Source: a virus (Duplodnaviria; Caudoviricetes). From it: a stretch of DNA of 39,057 bases. Below are positions 24,202 through 33,660 of the stretch, in pieces. The DNA lies in the IMG/VR virus record IMGVR_UViG_3300010361_000007, positions 1-39,057 of that record; one strand, written 5' to 3'. The notes under the pieces are model-generated. The model made no database searches, was not told the DNA's origin, and saw nothing but the letters and a program-made list of their open reading frames with translations. Positions within the stretch are counted from its first letter, which is position 1; every line of letters starts with the position of its first letter. The position numbers were made by a program, and so were the translations under genes.

Positions 24202-24479
24202 TGCCAGCACCGCTTCAACTCACCACCGCTGCCAGCCAGTTTTTCGCCTGGAAACACCACCACCCGCGCGAGTCCGAGGACCCCGCCGCGGTGTGGGGTG
24301 CTGCTTGGCGGGCAGGCGGACGCGCGGCGCTGCAGGACAGTGCGCGCCTGGTCGACCTAGTCCCAGTGTTGCGCGAGCTCCTGTGCCTGCTCGAGGACGG
24401 CCGCGTGGAAGACGTCCTGCGCCGCACGGACCGCCGACCAGCCCCAGTGTGGGATGACGAGGCGGAGGTCGCTTTCTGA
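24201..24479 (+). CDS. Hypothetical protein (92 aa)
   Basis: TGATG-coupled on both sides. Confidence 0.7.
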   Translation: MPAPLQLTTAASQFFAWKHHHPRESEDPAAVWGAAWRAGGRAALQDSARLVDLVPVLRELLCLLEDGRVEDVLRRTDRRPAPVWDDEAEVAF

Positions 24480-24838
24480 TGAACGGGCGCGTACCGCCGA
24501 CCGAAGAAGTGGAGGGCGTCGTCGAAGGCGTCAACGCGACGGGGCTCAAGCTCGGCGGCGCGTGGGTCAACGTCTCGCGCTTTCACCCGGTTGACTTACC
24601 TGAGACTGGCGCGCATATCCGCATGAAGGTTGACTCGAAGGGGTACATCGTGTCACTTGAGAATCTCTCACCGAAAACTCCCGCAGTTCTGAGTGACAAG
24701 GACGAGCGCATCACGCGTCTCGCCGTGCTGAAAGCCGCGGCGGAGTTTGTTGGCCGCTACGCGCAGATGCGCGAAGACGTCAAGAGCGAGCACGTGCTCA
24801 TCCTGGCGGACAAGTGGCTCGAATGGGTCGGTCGATGA
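24479..24838 (+). CDS. Hypothetical protein, possible OB-fold ssDNA-binding
   Basis: Beta-rich N-terminus then ITRLAVLKAA...ADKWLEWV helical end; GGAGG SD. Confidence 0.7.
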   Translation: MNGRVPPTEEVEGVVEGVNATGLKLGGAWVNVSRFHPVDLPETGAHIRMKVDSKGYIVSLENLSPKTPAVLSDKDERITRLAVLKAAAEFVGRYAQMREDVKSEHVLILADKWLEWVGR

Positions 24839-24924
24839 CTGACCCCTACGCTGCCATCCTTGAATGGGCCGGGCTTGCCATCATGGGATTGCTGACCATC
24901 ATCGTGTTGTTCGGCCGTGACTGA
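24835..24924 (+). CDS. Small membrane peptide (29 aa)
   Basis: MTDPYAAILEWAGLAIMGLLTIIVLFGRD; ATGA overlap. Confidence 0.45.
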   Translation: MTDPYAAILEWAGLAIMGLLTIIVLFGRD

Positions 24925-25090
24925 CGACGAGAGCGCCCTAGTTCAGAGACTGAGCGATCTGATCGATCAGGTCCGCGAGGTGGTGGCTGAGCGCGACCAA
25001 CTGCGGACGTGGGTCAAAGAACTGCAAGAACTGACCATCGACCAGCAAGTAGAGATCGGCCAACTCAAACGCCGGCTCGGGGAACTTTGA
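24917..25090 (+). CDS. Small coiled-coil protein (57 aa)
   Basis: MTDDESALVQRLSDLIDQVREVVAERDQLRTWVKELQ; translated by hand. Confidence 0.6.
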   Translation: MTDDESALVQRLSDLIDQVREVVAERDQLRTWVKELQELTIDQQVEIGQLKRRLGEL

Positions 25091-25211
25091 TAGCGATAGT
25101 GGTGGATAAAGTGAGCAAATTGTTGTCCCGTGCTGCCAGCAGTGCAACCGCCGCAAGGAATGCCAAACCTACGAGGTCGCCTATCGCAAGATCCGCGGCG
25201 TAGGTCCTTGA
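25083..25211 (+). pseudogene. HNH endonuclease C-terminal remnant
   Basis: DSGG*SEQIVVPCCQQCNRRKECQTYE with in-frame TAA and no start codon. Confidence 0.4.
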
Positions 25212-25278
25212 TGTTTGGCGAAGGGTCGGACCAATTTTGCCCCTAGTTCTGACGGCCCAGAACTGCTTAACTTCTCGG

Positions 25279-25794
25279 GTGCGTGTCGCGTACGCCGATC
25301 CACCTTACGTTGGGAATGCCGCTCGCCATTATCGTCATCATCCCGACTACGCTGGCGAGGTCGATCACACTGCATTGATTCAGCGACTCGTCAACGAATT
25401 CCCTGATGGGTGGGCGCTCAGCTGCCACTCGCCATCGCTGCGCGATCTTCTGCCCCTGTGCCCGCCCGACGTGCGAGTCAGCGCATGGGTGAAACCGTGG
25501 GCTGTTTTCAAGCCCGGCGTCTCGGTGGCGTATGCCTGGGAGCCGGTGCTCTGGCGTGGCGGTCGCAAGCGACCACGGACGAAAGGCACTTGGCGTGATT
25601 GGGTTAGCGCTCGAGCGGTCATGAGTACGCCCGGTCGCGTCCAGACCAAAGGTCAGAAGCCTGAGACGTTCTGCTTCTGGCTGTTCGGTCTGTTCAACCT
25701 TGAACCAGGCGACGAACTCGTGGATCTGTTCCCTGGCTCAGGCGCCGTCACGCGCGCCTGGGAGCGCTGGCAGCGGCAGCTCTGGGCGGCTTGA
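25279..25794 (+). CDS. Short amino-DNA methyltransferase (N6A/N4C)
   Basis: AYADPPY, AWVKP, WEPV, KP and DLFPGSG motifs in beta-class order; GTG 25279 is the likely start. Confidence 0.8.
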   Translation: MRVAYADPPYVGNAARHYRHHPDYAGEVDHTALIQRLVNEFPDGWALSCHSPSLRDLLPLCPPDVRVSAWVKPWAVFKPGVSVAYAWEPVLWRGGRKRPRTKGTWRDWVSARAVMSTPGRVQTKGQKPETFCFWLFGLFNLEPGDELVDLFPGSGAVTRAWERWQRQLWAA

Positions 25795-26057
25795 TGTCTA
25801 GCCAAGACGACGACGAACCACTGGTGCCGTGGAAGGAAATCGCCGCCCAGTCCATAGACCGCACCGAGGCGTTAGAAGCCGAGCGTGACGGGTTTCGTGC
25901 TGAGGTCGGATTGCTCTTGCTGTCAGTGCAAACGTTCGAGGCCGAACGTAACGACCTCCGCGCCGAGAACGCGCGGCTTCGAGAACTGCACGACCGTCAT
26001 TGTGCCTTCAAAGACTGTCGCGAGCGGACGACGCCCCACACGTCCATCGCTTGCTAG
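25794..26057 (+). CDS. Coiled-coil hypothetical protein
   Basis: EAERD/EAERN repeats; TGATG coupling. Confidence 0.6.
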   Translation: MSSQDDDEPLVPWKEIAAQSIDRTEALEAERDGFRAEVGLLLLSVQTFEAERNDLRAENARLRELHDRHCAFKDCRERTTPHTSIAC

Positions 26058-26063
26058 AGATAA

Positions 26064-26270
26064 GTGCCGAAGGATCTAGTAAACCCGCCGTGCTGGTGCG
26101 GAGTTCGCAACCCTTATGTCGCGCCCCTAGACGGCCTCTGCGGCGGCACTGGGATGCTGTACTGCATCTGTGGGGGCGACTTTTGCGTCTGCCACAACCA
26201 CGGCGAGGTCGAGTGCGACGGTTGCGAGGACTGCGAGGATGACGCAGAACGAATGTTTGATAGCAAATAA
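26064..26270 (+). CDS. Cys-rich small protein (10 Cys in 68 aa)
   Basis: CWC, CGGTG, CICGGDFCVCHNH, CDGCEDC. Confidence 0.65.
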   Translation: MPKDLVNPPCWCGVRNPYVAPLDGLCGGTGMLYCICGGDFCVCHNHGEVECDGCEDCEDDAERMFDSK

Positions 26271-26278
26271 GTGCCGTT

Positions 26279-26569
26279 ATGACTAGCAAGTACGACGGAC
26301 TGCCAGCGACTGACGATGTCGTTGTCAAAGACCCGCCCCATCGGTCGGTATGCCGCTATTGCTGTCCGGCCCATGACGAACTCCGCGCCGAGGTTGAGCG
26401 GCTGCATCAACAGCGCATCCGGCTATTCGATGAGCGCGACTCGCTTGAGGCCGAGGTCGAGCGGCTGCGGGCGGCGCTAGAGAAGATCGCCAATACCGAA
26501 GCCAACATCCACTGCTCCTGGCTTATCGGCGATGCACGTCAGGCGCTTGGCAACGATAAGGAGTGTTAG
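26279..26569 (+). CDS. Coiled-coil hypothetical protein
   Basis: LRAEVERL/LEAEVERLRAALEKIA pattern common in phage early genes. Confidence 0.6.
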   Translation: MTSKYDGLPATDDVVVKDPPHRSVCRYCCPAHDELRAEVERLHQQRIRLFDERDSLEAEVERLRAALEKIANTEANIHCSWLIGDARQALGNDKEC

Positions 26570-26581
26570 CGTTACCAAGCC

Positions 26582-27223
26582 GTGCGGCCGTATTACGAGC
26601 GCGATGGGATCGTGATCTACCACGGTGATTGTCGCGAGGTGATGCCGTCCTTGATTGGTGTCGATGTCACCATCACCGATCCGCCGTACAACGTCGGCTT
26701 GGATTACAGCCAGGGCGACCGACGCACTGATTACTCGGAATGGACTTGTGACTGGTTCAGGCTTACGCCGCAACCGCTGATCGTCACACCCGGCACGCGA
26801 AACCTCGGTATGTGGCTAGCATTCGCGCAACCGCGGTGGATCTGCGCCTGGTTCAAGCCGAATCAGAACAGTCCTTCGGGCCTCAATGGTTACAACGTCT
26901 GGGAGCCTGTTCTCGTCTATGGGAAACACCCGAAGCCAGTAGGTCACGACGCTTGGCTGAGTTACATCGGCACTGGCCAACGCATTCACGTAGGTGCCGA
27001 AGTGCTCGACCATCCTTGTCCGAAGTGGCTACCCTTCTGGTGTCAGCTCGTGGAAGCCTTTTCTGAACCAGGCCAGACTGTGCTTGATCCGTTTATGGGC
27101 AGCGGCACTGGCGCGCGGGCATGCGCCAACCTCGGCAGGAAATACGTGGGCATCGAGATCGAGGAGCGCTATTGCGAGGTCGCGGCCGACCGGCTCGCCC
27201 AGGGTGTCTTGGCCCTTTGGTAG
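26582..27223 (+). CDS. DNA methyltransferase, N4C/N6A beta class
   Basis: IYHGDCREV, TDPPYN, HPCPK, VLDPFMGSGT, GIEIEERYC. Confidence 0.93.
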   Translation: MRPYYERDGIVIYHGDCREVMPSLIGVDVTITDPPYNVGLDYSQGDRRTDYSEWTCDWFRLTPQPLIVTPGTRNLGMWLAFAQPRWICAWFKPNQNSPSGLNGYNVWEPVLVYGKHPKPVGHDAWLSYIGTGQRIHVGAEVLDHPCPKWLPFWCQLVEAFSEPGQTVLDPFMGSGTGARACANLGRKYVGIEIEERYCEVAADRLAQGVLALW

Positions 27224-27245
27224 AGATAAGAACTATTCTGACTAG

Positions 27246-27467
27246 CTAGCGGTGCTCCGGCGGGTGGCGCCTGAGCCACCACTCTTCGTAGTCGGGCATC
27301 CGCTGACCGCCAGCGATCGCCGCGTCGCGGTAGTAGTCGCGTTCGTCCACCAGGTCACCGATGCGCTCGTCCTTGCTGGCCACCAGCAGCTTGATGGCAA
27401 AGGTGAGCGCGCCAGCCAGGCTGCCGATCAGCGCACCAACCGCCGCAAAGTCCTCGACATTCGTCAT
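27246..27467 (-). CDS. Membrane protein in the lysis cassette (73 aa)
   Basis: N-terminal TM then coiled coil; ATGA overlap. Confidence 0.65.
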   Translation of the reverse strand: MTNVEDFAAVGALIGSLAGALTFAIKLLVASKDERIGDLVDERDYYRDAAIAGGQRMPDYEEWWLRRHPPEHR

Positions 27468-27721
27468 GCGCGTGCAATGGGCGTGACCGCGATCGGGAAG
27501 CGGGCATTCGCATCCGTTCCACCGTTCGGTGTCCGCGAGGGCTGGGGCGTAGGCCCGTACGTCGGCACCGGCGCGGGCAGCGCAGCGGCCACCTGAAGCA
27601 CCGTGTCGTACAGCTGCACGCCCATCCAGGCGCCCACCACGCCGCCGCCGGCGGTAAACAGGAAGCACTGCACCAGCGTCGACTGGCCGGCCATCACGAG
27701 CACCAGCAGCAGACGGCGCAC
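27464..27721 (-). CDS. Membrane protein in the lysis cassette (85 aa)
   Basis: GAGG SD plus GTG; hydrophobic N-half, Pro/Thr tail. Confidence 0.55.
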   Translation of the reverse strand: MRRLLLVLVMAGQSTLVQCFLFTAGGGVVGAWMGVQLYDTVLQVAAALPAPVPTYGPTPQPSRTPNGGTDANARFPIAVTPIARA

Positions 27722-27729
27722 GCATTACC

Positions 27730-27918
27730 TCACGCCCGCGTCTCGCGCCCAAACAGAAAGCCCACGGCGCTGCCCACCACCAGCAGCGCCGCCTTAGAAG
27801 CCGATTCGTCCGTCGATGGCGAGAGCACGATCCACGTCATGGCCACAATCAGCACGATCGCGACCACCACCGTGGCCAGCATCTTGGCCAGGGCCAACTG
27901 CTCGGGATCGAGACTCAT
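27730..27918 (-). CDS. Holin candidate (two TM segments, 62 aa)
   Basis: MLATVVVAIVLIVAMTWIVL...ALLVVGSAVGFLFG; TGATG-coupled to the endolysin. Confidence 0.7.
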   Translation of the reverse strand: MSLDPEQLALAKMLATVVVAIVLIVAMTWIVLSPSTDESASKAALLVVGSAVGFLFGRETRA

Positions 27919-28661
27919 CACTCGTACGCGGCGAGGCCCAGATCCGCGGCGAGCTGCGCGAAGCGGCCAGAATCCCACCAGCGGTTGCCGCAGCACTGCG
28001 ACCGCGAGCTCGGGGAAATGATGTTGTGGCCCATCAGAGATTTGATGCTCGGGTAGGTCTGCATCGCCAGCCGCGCCACGGCGAGCGTGCTCGCGTACTG
28101 CTGATCCGTCACCGGCGTGGCGCCGGAGCCGTTGTCCTCCGTCTCGATCGACACCGTCTGATAGTTCGGATTCGCCGAGTTGCCCACGATCGCGACCCAC
28201 TGGTTGCCAGGCTCGAGGATGCCGTTGGCCCACGAGCCGTCGGCCAACTTCACATACTGGTGCTGCTCGCCTTTGAGCCCGATGCCGAAGTGCGAGCTGA
28301 CCTGAGAGGCCGGGTTCTGGAACCACGAGTCGCACGAGCTGAGCGTGCCGGCCATGGTGTGCACCACGATGGCGACCACCGGCCAGCCGGCGCGCCCGTT
28401 GTAGTGGTTCGGTGATCCGATCCAGACGACGTCGACCTGGGGCGGCTCGGGCGGCAGCACGTACAGCGGCTCTTTGGCTGAGACGTTGCCCTGCCACGTG
28501 GGATTCAGGCCGTACAGAATCGCCTCGAGCGAGTTGGCACCGAAGTCCGCGGCCAGCCAGCGGCCCTCGTTCATGGCGTTCAATCCAGCCGAGATAGCCG
28601 CCTGCTGGTCCTGGAGCTGCCCGAGCTGCTGCTCGAGCGTAGGCCCTTCAGCCGGTGGCAT
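27918..28661 (-). CDS. Endolysin, N-acetylmuramoyl-L-alanine amidase (Amidase_2)
   Basis: SPNH, IVVHTMAG, SSHF, SIETE, GH...CCG Zn-amidase motifs. Confidence 0.92.
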   Translation of the reverse strand: MPPAEGPTLEQQLGQLQDQQAAISAGLNAMNEGRWLAADFGANSLEAILYGLNPTWQGNVSAKEPLYVLPPEPPQVDVVWIGSPNHYNGRAGWPVVAIVVHTMAGTLSSCDSWFQNPASQVSSHFGIGLKGEQHQYVKLADGSWANGILEPGNQWVAIVGNSANPNYQTVSIETEDNGSGATPVTDQQYASTLAVARLAMQTYPSIKSLMGHNIISPSSRSQCCGNRWWDSGRFAQLAADLGLAAYE

Positions 28662-28836
28662 ATAACGGTGTCTCGGGCTGCGTCTGAATGCCCGGCGTCA
28701 GTGCCTGAACATAGCCGTCAACTGTGTCAGCCCCCCCTGACCAGCGCGCCTCGAGCGCGGCCTTCAGCGCCGCAGACTGGAGCGATTGCTGTTGCTGGAG
28801 AGTCTGAATGGCTGCCTGGATCTCGTCGTCGTTCAT
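28648..28836 (-). CDS. Small protein homologous to the endolysin N-terminal extension
   Basis: 62 aa; aligns by eye with residues ~8-68 of the amidase. Confidence 0.7.
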   Translation of the reverse strand: MNDDEIQAAIQTLQQQQSLQSAALKAALEARWSGGADTVDGYVQALTPGIQTQPETPLYATG

Positions 28837-28839
28837 CGC

Positions 28840-29202
28840 TCAACCTAACTCCTGCAAGAGTTTTTCTTCATCGACCTGCCAGCGACCAGGTCCGTCGGTC
28901 GCCTCGACGCGGGCCTTCACGTCATCAATGGCCTGCTGCGGCGGTACGCCCAGGCTGACTTCTTTGCGCACGAACATCTCCTGCACCGTCGCCGGATGCG
29001 AGCCGCCGCCCACTGGATGCGTCGAGGTGACTTCTCCGCACCCATCCGGACAATCCATCAGCAGACTGTTCTTATTGTCCGTGTCATCGAAGTTCTTGGC
29101 GTACGGGATCTGGTCCATCGTCAGCGTGCCGGTGTGCCCCATCTCATCGCACACCGCATTCGCCGAATTGTCAGTGTTGAATGACGTGGGATAGACGCTC
29201 AT
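28840..29202 (-). CDS. Hypothetical protein (120 aa, CPDGC...HP)
   Basis: ATGA overlap with the tail protein; position typical of a fibre chaperone. Confidence 0.65.
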   Translation of the reverse strand: MSVYPTSFNTDNSANAVCDEMGHTGTLTMDQIPYAKNFDDTDNKNSLLMDCPDGCGEVTSTHPVGGGSHPATVQEMFVRKEVSLGVPPQQAIDDVKARVEATDGPGRWQVDEEKLLQELG

Positions 29203-30419
29203 GGATTCCCTTCCGCCACCAGGCTCGCTCCAGCTTGCGGGGCGAGCACCGAGGCATTGCCGGCAACCAGGCCGCTCGCTGTCGTGATCTGCATCGCACC
29301 TCCATCGAGCGACACGCTGCCAAGTGCTGCGGTGACAGCGGTCGCGGCCACCCCGGCACCATTGGCCGCCATCCCCTGCCAAGTGCTCGGCGCCGAAGCC
29401 GTCATTGTCGGAGTCACCGCTTTGCGGACTTTGAACAGATACGGATAAAAGGCCTGGGTCGTGCTAGTGCACTGACCAGCAAAGGGGAAACCGGCCAGAG
29501 CCATCGCCTCGTAGTAGCGCAGGCAGCGCGCCAGGTCGTCGGCCGGGTGCAGCGGCACGTAAGTGGCGGCCTGCGAGCCGACCACCAGGCAGGCATTGTC
29601 GAGGTACGCCGTGCACGACGCCGCAAAGAACACGCCCCACTGGAGCACCGTCGGCGCTGGACTGAGCGTAGCGGTGACAGTGAGCGTCTGGTACGCGCCA
29701 CTACCTGAGTGGTACCCGGAATAGGTGAAATGTGACGTCGAGGAATAGTAGTTGTTGATGCCGATGCGGACGGCATTCGCGACGCTGGTCCTGACGCGCA
29801 TCGACAGACTGACCGTCACGCCGTTCAGCGAGCCGACCATGTCGCCCAGGTTGCCCTGGTAGAGCACGGTCGCCCCGGCCCCGGTACCGAGCGTGAACGA
29901 CACCGCGGCACACGCCCCCGAACCGGTGTCCACGTTGGCCGTATCTCGCGACAGGCTGTAGGTGTCACTGCCCGCGAGCTGCATTTTCCACATGTCGGGC
30001 CCGATCGCGTTGTTCGCCGTGTAGGGGCCGTTCCCACGCTGCCACCATTCAAAACCGGGGTTGACCAGTAGATTCGCGCGCGCGACATCTGGACCCAGTT
30101 TGGCGTTGGTGATCGACCCGTCGGCCACCGCCGTGCCGCCGTTGATGCTGTTGGCCGGTAGGTTGACTGGCGCGCCTAGCGTCACGCCCGTGGCGTCAGC
30201 CACGACGAGCGGCGTGCCGTCGGCCTTCAGCACGCTCAGCGCCTTGGAGTTGGTCGGGTCGTCGTTCTGCACGGTAAGCGCGTAGTTGTTGGGATCGTTC
30301 AGAGAAACGAGGGCGACCGGCACGCCCTTGTTGGGTGTGCCTTTCAAGGCATCGATGATCTGCTGCACCTGGACGGCTTGCGCCAAACTGCCGGCCAGGA
30401 CGTCGTTCAGGGTGGGCAC
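29199..30419 (-). CDS. Tail fibre/receptor-binding protein with CBM-like jelly-roll domain
   Basis: NLLVNPGFEWWQRG...PDMW...DDLARCLRYYE motif set common in phage tail proteins; GGAGG upstream. Confidence 0.75.
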   Translation of the reverse strand: MPTLNDVLAGSLAQAVQVQQIIDALKGTPNKGVPVALVSLNDPNNYALTVQNDDPTNSKALSVLKADGTPLVVADATGVTLGAPVNLPANSINGGTAVADGSITNAKLGPDVARANLLVNPGFEWWQRGNGPYTANNAIGPDMWKMQLAGSDTYSLSRDTANVDTGSGACAAVSFTLGTGAGATVLYQGNLGDMVGSLNGVTVSLSMRVRTSVANAVRIGINNYYSSTSHFTYSGYHSGSGAYQTLTVTATLSPAPTVLQWGVFFAASCTAYLDNACLVVGSQAATYVPLHPADDLARCLRYYEAMALAGFPFAGQCTSTTQAFYPYLFKVRKAVTPTMTASAPSTWQGMAANGAGVAATAVTAALGSVSLDGGAMQITTASGLVAGNASVLAPQAGASLVAEGNP

Positions 30420-30439
30420 TTACCGATACCTCCGATGCG

Positions 30440-32482
30440 TCAGTTCCACACGCGGGCCGTGTCCCAGCGCGTGCCGTCGTCCCAGTACCACGGCACCATC
30501 GTGCCGGGGTCCGGGCCTGGCTCCAGAATCTTCAGGCGCAGCGTCACCTGGAGCACCGGCTCGGCGGTGCCCTTGCCCGACTCGCCGCGGACGTGGACGA
30601 GCTGCCGATCGATGGGCGGCACCACCAGCGCGTACCAGTATTCGCCGAACTCGTCGCGCAGGTTGACCGTGGTGCCGGTCACCAGCGCCGCGAGGGCGCG
30701 GTACTGCACGATGGCGCGGCCAATGTCGCGACCGCCGAAGCGGTCCTGGTTGCCCTCGCCAAGCACCAACTGGTAGGTCCGCAGCATGCGCACCGCGGTA
30801 CGCACCTGGGCGCGCGGCATGAGCGTGCGTAAGATCGCCGGCGTCGTCGAGGTGCCCTGGCCGTCGAGGCGGAAGCCGACGCGTCGCCCGACGTACCACG
30901 TCTGACGGTCCATGTAGATCTGGCTCTGGGGCGAGACATTCGCGGTGCCGACCAGACTGTACGCGCCAGCGTCGGCGTTCAGGTTGACCGCGACCGAGGT
31001 GCCGGCGCCCAGGTTGTCGCCCTCGACGTCGATCTGAAGCACCTGTTTGGGTGTCGCCGGGTGGCCCCAGTCCTGGCCCGGCACGTAGAAGGTCCAACTG
31101 TTGGCGTAGCGGTACTCGGCATCCTGCAACGGATTCTCGGTGCGGGCCAGCACGCACCATTGCAGGTTATTGCCGACACCCACCCACAACCGCGGCGGCG
31201 AGGTCAGTCCTGAGACGTACAGCAAATAGCAGCGCTGCCCTGGGAGAAAAATGTAGCCGGGGTGCCACAGCATGGGCGACGGACCGATGGCCGACGGCGA
31301 GGGCCCGTAGCCGTACCCATAGCCGAGCGGCGAGACGCCCGCGTCGCCCTGCATGATGTCGCGGCCGAGCGTGATGTACGTGTCGACGCCGTTGTACTGC
31401 GCCACCATCTGCCACGGACCGTACGACGTCGAGGCCAGCATCTTTCCCCGCACCGGCGTTTCATTGGGCAGACCGTGACCGGGCGTGACCGTCACCAGGC
31501 GCGAGCTCGCCGCCCCGCTCACGTCGAGCCGGAACAGCCCGCTCAGGTGCGCGGAGTAGATCTGGCCACCGCTCGAGTGGCCGGCAATGCCGTTTTCGTC
31601 GTCCAGCGCCTGAGCAAAGAACGGCATCAGGTTCGGCGCGTAGCCCGTCACGCCGTCGAGGTCATGCAGGCCGTTGATCTTGCTGATGTAGACGTGCGTC
31701 TGGTCGCCGATCAGCCGGTTGATGCCGTAGGTGCGGTCACCGACGGGGATGCTGGCGCCCCAGTTGGCAGGCGTGAGCGGGGCCGCGGCGACGTTGCTGA
31801 CCGAGCTGGCCGTGTCCTGGCCGATCATCTGGAAGGCGCCCACGGTGCCGAGCGCGCCGCTGGTCTGGAACCACGCCGTCGCCAGCGATTTTCTCAAGAC
31901 GCCGGCGTTGTTGGTCCAACCCCCGGCCCCGCCGGCGCTCTTTTGCCAGAGCAGACCCGGCGCGCTCGCGCTGGTCGCGCCGACGCTGGTACCGCAGTAC
32001 AGACTGCCGTTGAAGGTGGTCATGCTCCAGGCCACGTTGCCAGCGCCGAGGTCCTGGTCGATGGCCGCCGCGCCCGTGCCGCCGGGGATGCGGTAAATGT
32101 ACTGGCCCGCGCCGACGTACAGGTCGCCGAGGAAATCCTGGGCGCAGCGTGGCGGACCGTTGGTGCTCGGCAGACTGACCGCGTTCATGAACGGACCGGG
32201 CAGCACCAGCCGCGGAAAGCGCGCGTCGGCGTTGACCGCCCAGGCGTAGGTACCGCCGAGCAATCGCCACGAGTACAGGCCACCCAGGTGAAAGGTGTCC
32301 ATGACCAACGGCTCTTCGGAGTTTTCGACGGGCTCGCCGGTGAGCTGAGGGATGCTGGTCGAGCCGTCGCCACCGCCACCACCAGCTCCGGCGCGCGCGG
32401 CGGCACCGGTCGCTGAGTACTGGAACAGGGTGTAATCGATCCCGTCGATCGACACTGAGTCTCTGAGCGGAAAAGTTGGCAC
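30440..32482 (-). CDS. Tail nozzle / tubular protein B-like (beta-propeller)
   Basis: 680 aa, beta-rich repeats (DLYVG, SLYCG); follows the adaptor-like gene. Confidence 0.65.
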   Translation of the reverse strand: MPTFPLRDSVSIDGIDYTLFQYSATGAAARAGAGGGGGDGSTSIPQLTGEPVENSEEPLVMDTFHLGGLYSWRLLGGTYAWAVNADARFPRLVLPGPFMNAVSLPSTNGPPRCAQDFLGDLYVGAGQYIYRIPGGTGAAAIDQDLGAGNVAWSMTTFNGSLYCGTSVGATSASAPGLLWQKSAGGAGGWTNNAGVLRKSLATAWFQTSGALGTVGAFQMIGQDTASSVSNVAAAPLTPANWGASIPVGDRTYGINRLIGDQTHVYISKINGLHDLDGVTGYAPNLMPFFAQALDDENGIAGHSSGGQIYSAHLSGLFRLDVSGAASSRLVTVTPGHGLPNETPVRGKMLASTSYGPWQMVAQYNGVDTYITLGRDIMQGDAGVSPLGYGYGYGPSPSAIGPSPMLWHPGYIFLPGQRCYLLYVSGLTSPPRLWVGVGNNLQWCVLARTENPLQDAEYRYANSWTFYVPGQDWGHPATPKQVLQIDVEGDNLGAGTSVAVNLNADAGAYSLVGTANVSPQSQIYMDRQTWYVGRRVGFRLDGQGTSTTPAILRTLMPRAQVRTAVRMLRTYQLVLGEGNQDRFGGRDIGRAIVQYRALAALVTGTTVNLRDEFGEYWYALVVPPIDRQLVHVRGESGKGTAEPVLQVTLRLKILEPGPDPGTMVPWYWDDGTRWDTARVWN

Positions 32483-32483
32483 G

Positions 32484-33485
32484 TCAGCCTGGCGTCAGCA
32501 CCGTGTAGCCGTAGCCATAATTGTCCCGACTGCGCACGGTGAGCACCGACGGCCAGTGTTTCTTCCTGACCTGCGGATGCTCGAGCGTGAGTCGCTTCCA
32601 CTGGTTGGCCGCCGCGCGGGCAGAAGCGCGCAACTGGCGAAACACCACCTGATCTTCGGGCAGCCCCCACTTGCTCTGCTCGAGGAACACGTAGGCCGCG
32701 CCGATGACCTCCATGCCCATGATCGGCAGGATGCCCTGGTCGGTCTCAGCGCGCAGGCCCTCGCCACTCGAGACGCCGAAGCCTGAGCCGGTGTTGATCC
32801 ACCACGACATGGGCACGTAGACCTGCGGCAGCAGCGTGTCGCCGGTGTTCAGCGTCTGGGCGATCTCGATGCCGGGGTTGTCGCCGCCGGGCACCCAGCG
32901 CCAGTTGATCATCAACTGGTCGTCGTCGTTGGGCTGCTGGTTGGCGGCGCGGTAGTAGACCTCGACGAGCTGGTCCTCGGCCATCAGCCACGGGTAGGTG
33001 GTGCCGATGGGGTACACGCGTTGGTCCTGCACCGCGGCTAAGGGAAGTTTCTGGATGGTCCAGCACTCGGCGAGCACCTTGTTGACCAGGTCGTTCAGGC
33101 CCAGCCTGCCCTCGCGTCGCACGGGCGGCAGTTTGCCGTAGAACTCGACCGCGGTGCTCGCCGGGGTGGCCACGCCGTGGTTGGCCTCGAGGGTGACGAC
33201 ACCCGAGCCGTTTTGCAGACCGCCGTACACCACGCGCCGCACCTGGCCGGCGTTCGGGCCGGTAGGCTGGTACTCCCACGTATTGCCCAGGAACGTCGTT
33301 TCGAGCTCGGTGCTGAGAAAGTCGGCGACCACGACCTGATTGCTTGCTGAGGCGAGCGCGGTGGTGGTGGTGATGATGTTGAAGCCGGCCGCGTCGGCCA
33401 GGCGGTGACGGTAGTCGGCCAGGCTGGGGTACAGCGACGAGCCGGGCGAGGGCGTCGGAGCGATCGGGTCAAGGACGATCGGCAC
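32484..33485 (-). CDS. Head-tail adaptor / tubular protein A-like
   Basis: 333 aa; LNDLVNKVL...RVYP pattern; position. Confidence 0.6.
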   Translation of the reverse strand: MPIVLDPIAPTPSPGSSLYPSLADYRHRLADAAGFNIITTTTALASASNQVVVADFLSTELETTFLGNTWEYQPTGPNAGQVRRVVYGGLQNGSGVVTLEANHGVATPASTAVEFYGKLPPVRREGRLGLNDLVNKVLAECWTIQKLPLAAVQDQRVYPIGTTYPWLMAEDQLVEVYYRAANQQPNDDDQLMINWRWVPGGDNPGIEIAQTLNTGDTLLPQVYVPMSWWINTGSGFGVSSGEGLRAETDQGILPIMGMEVIGAAYVFLEQSKWGLPEDQVVFRQLRASARAAANQWKRLTLEHPQVRKKHWPSVLTVRSRDNYGYGYTVLTPG

Positions 33486-33660
33486 GCGCGACCTCCGCCA
33501 GATCGGTGGTGCCGTTGGGCGACGGCTCGAGTTCGGCCAGGCGCTGCTGAAGACGCGCGACCTCGCCGCGCAAATAGGCCAGGTCGACGGTGGATTGACC
33601 GAGCAGGACGAGCAGATCGGAGATCGTGTACGGATAGTTCTGGGGTTGCAGCGTGATCAT
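33469..33660 (-). CDS. Small coiled-coil protein, possible fibre chaperone
   Basis: LRGEVARLQQRLAEL; ATGA overlap with the fibre gene. Confidence 0.6.
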   Translation of the reverse strand: MITLQPQNYPYTISDLLVLLGQSTVDLAYLRGEVARLQQRLAELEPSPNGTTDLAEVARADRP

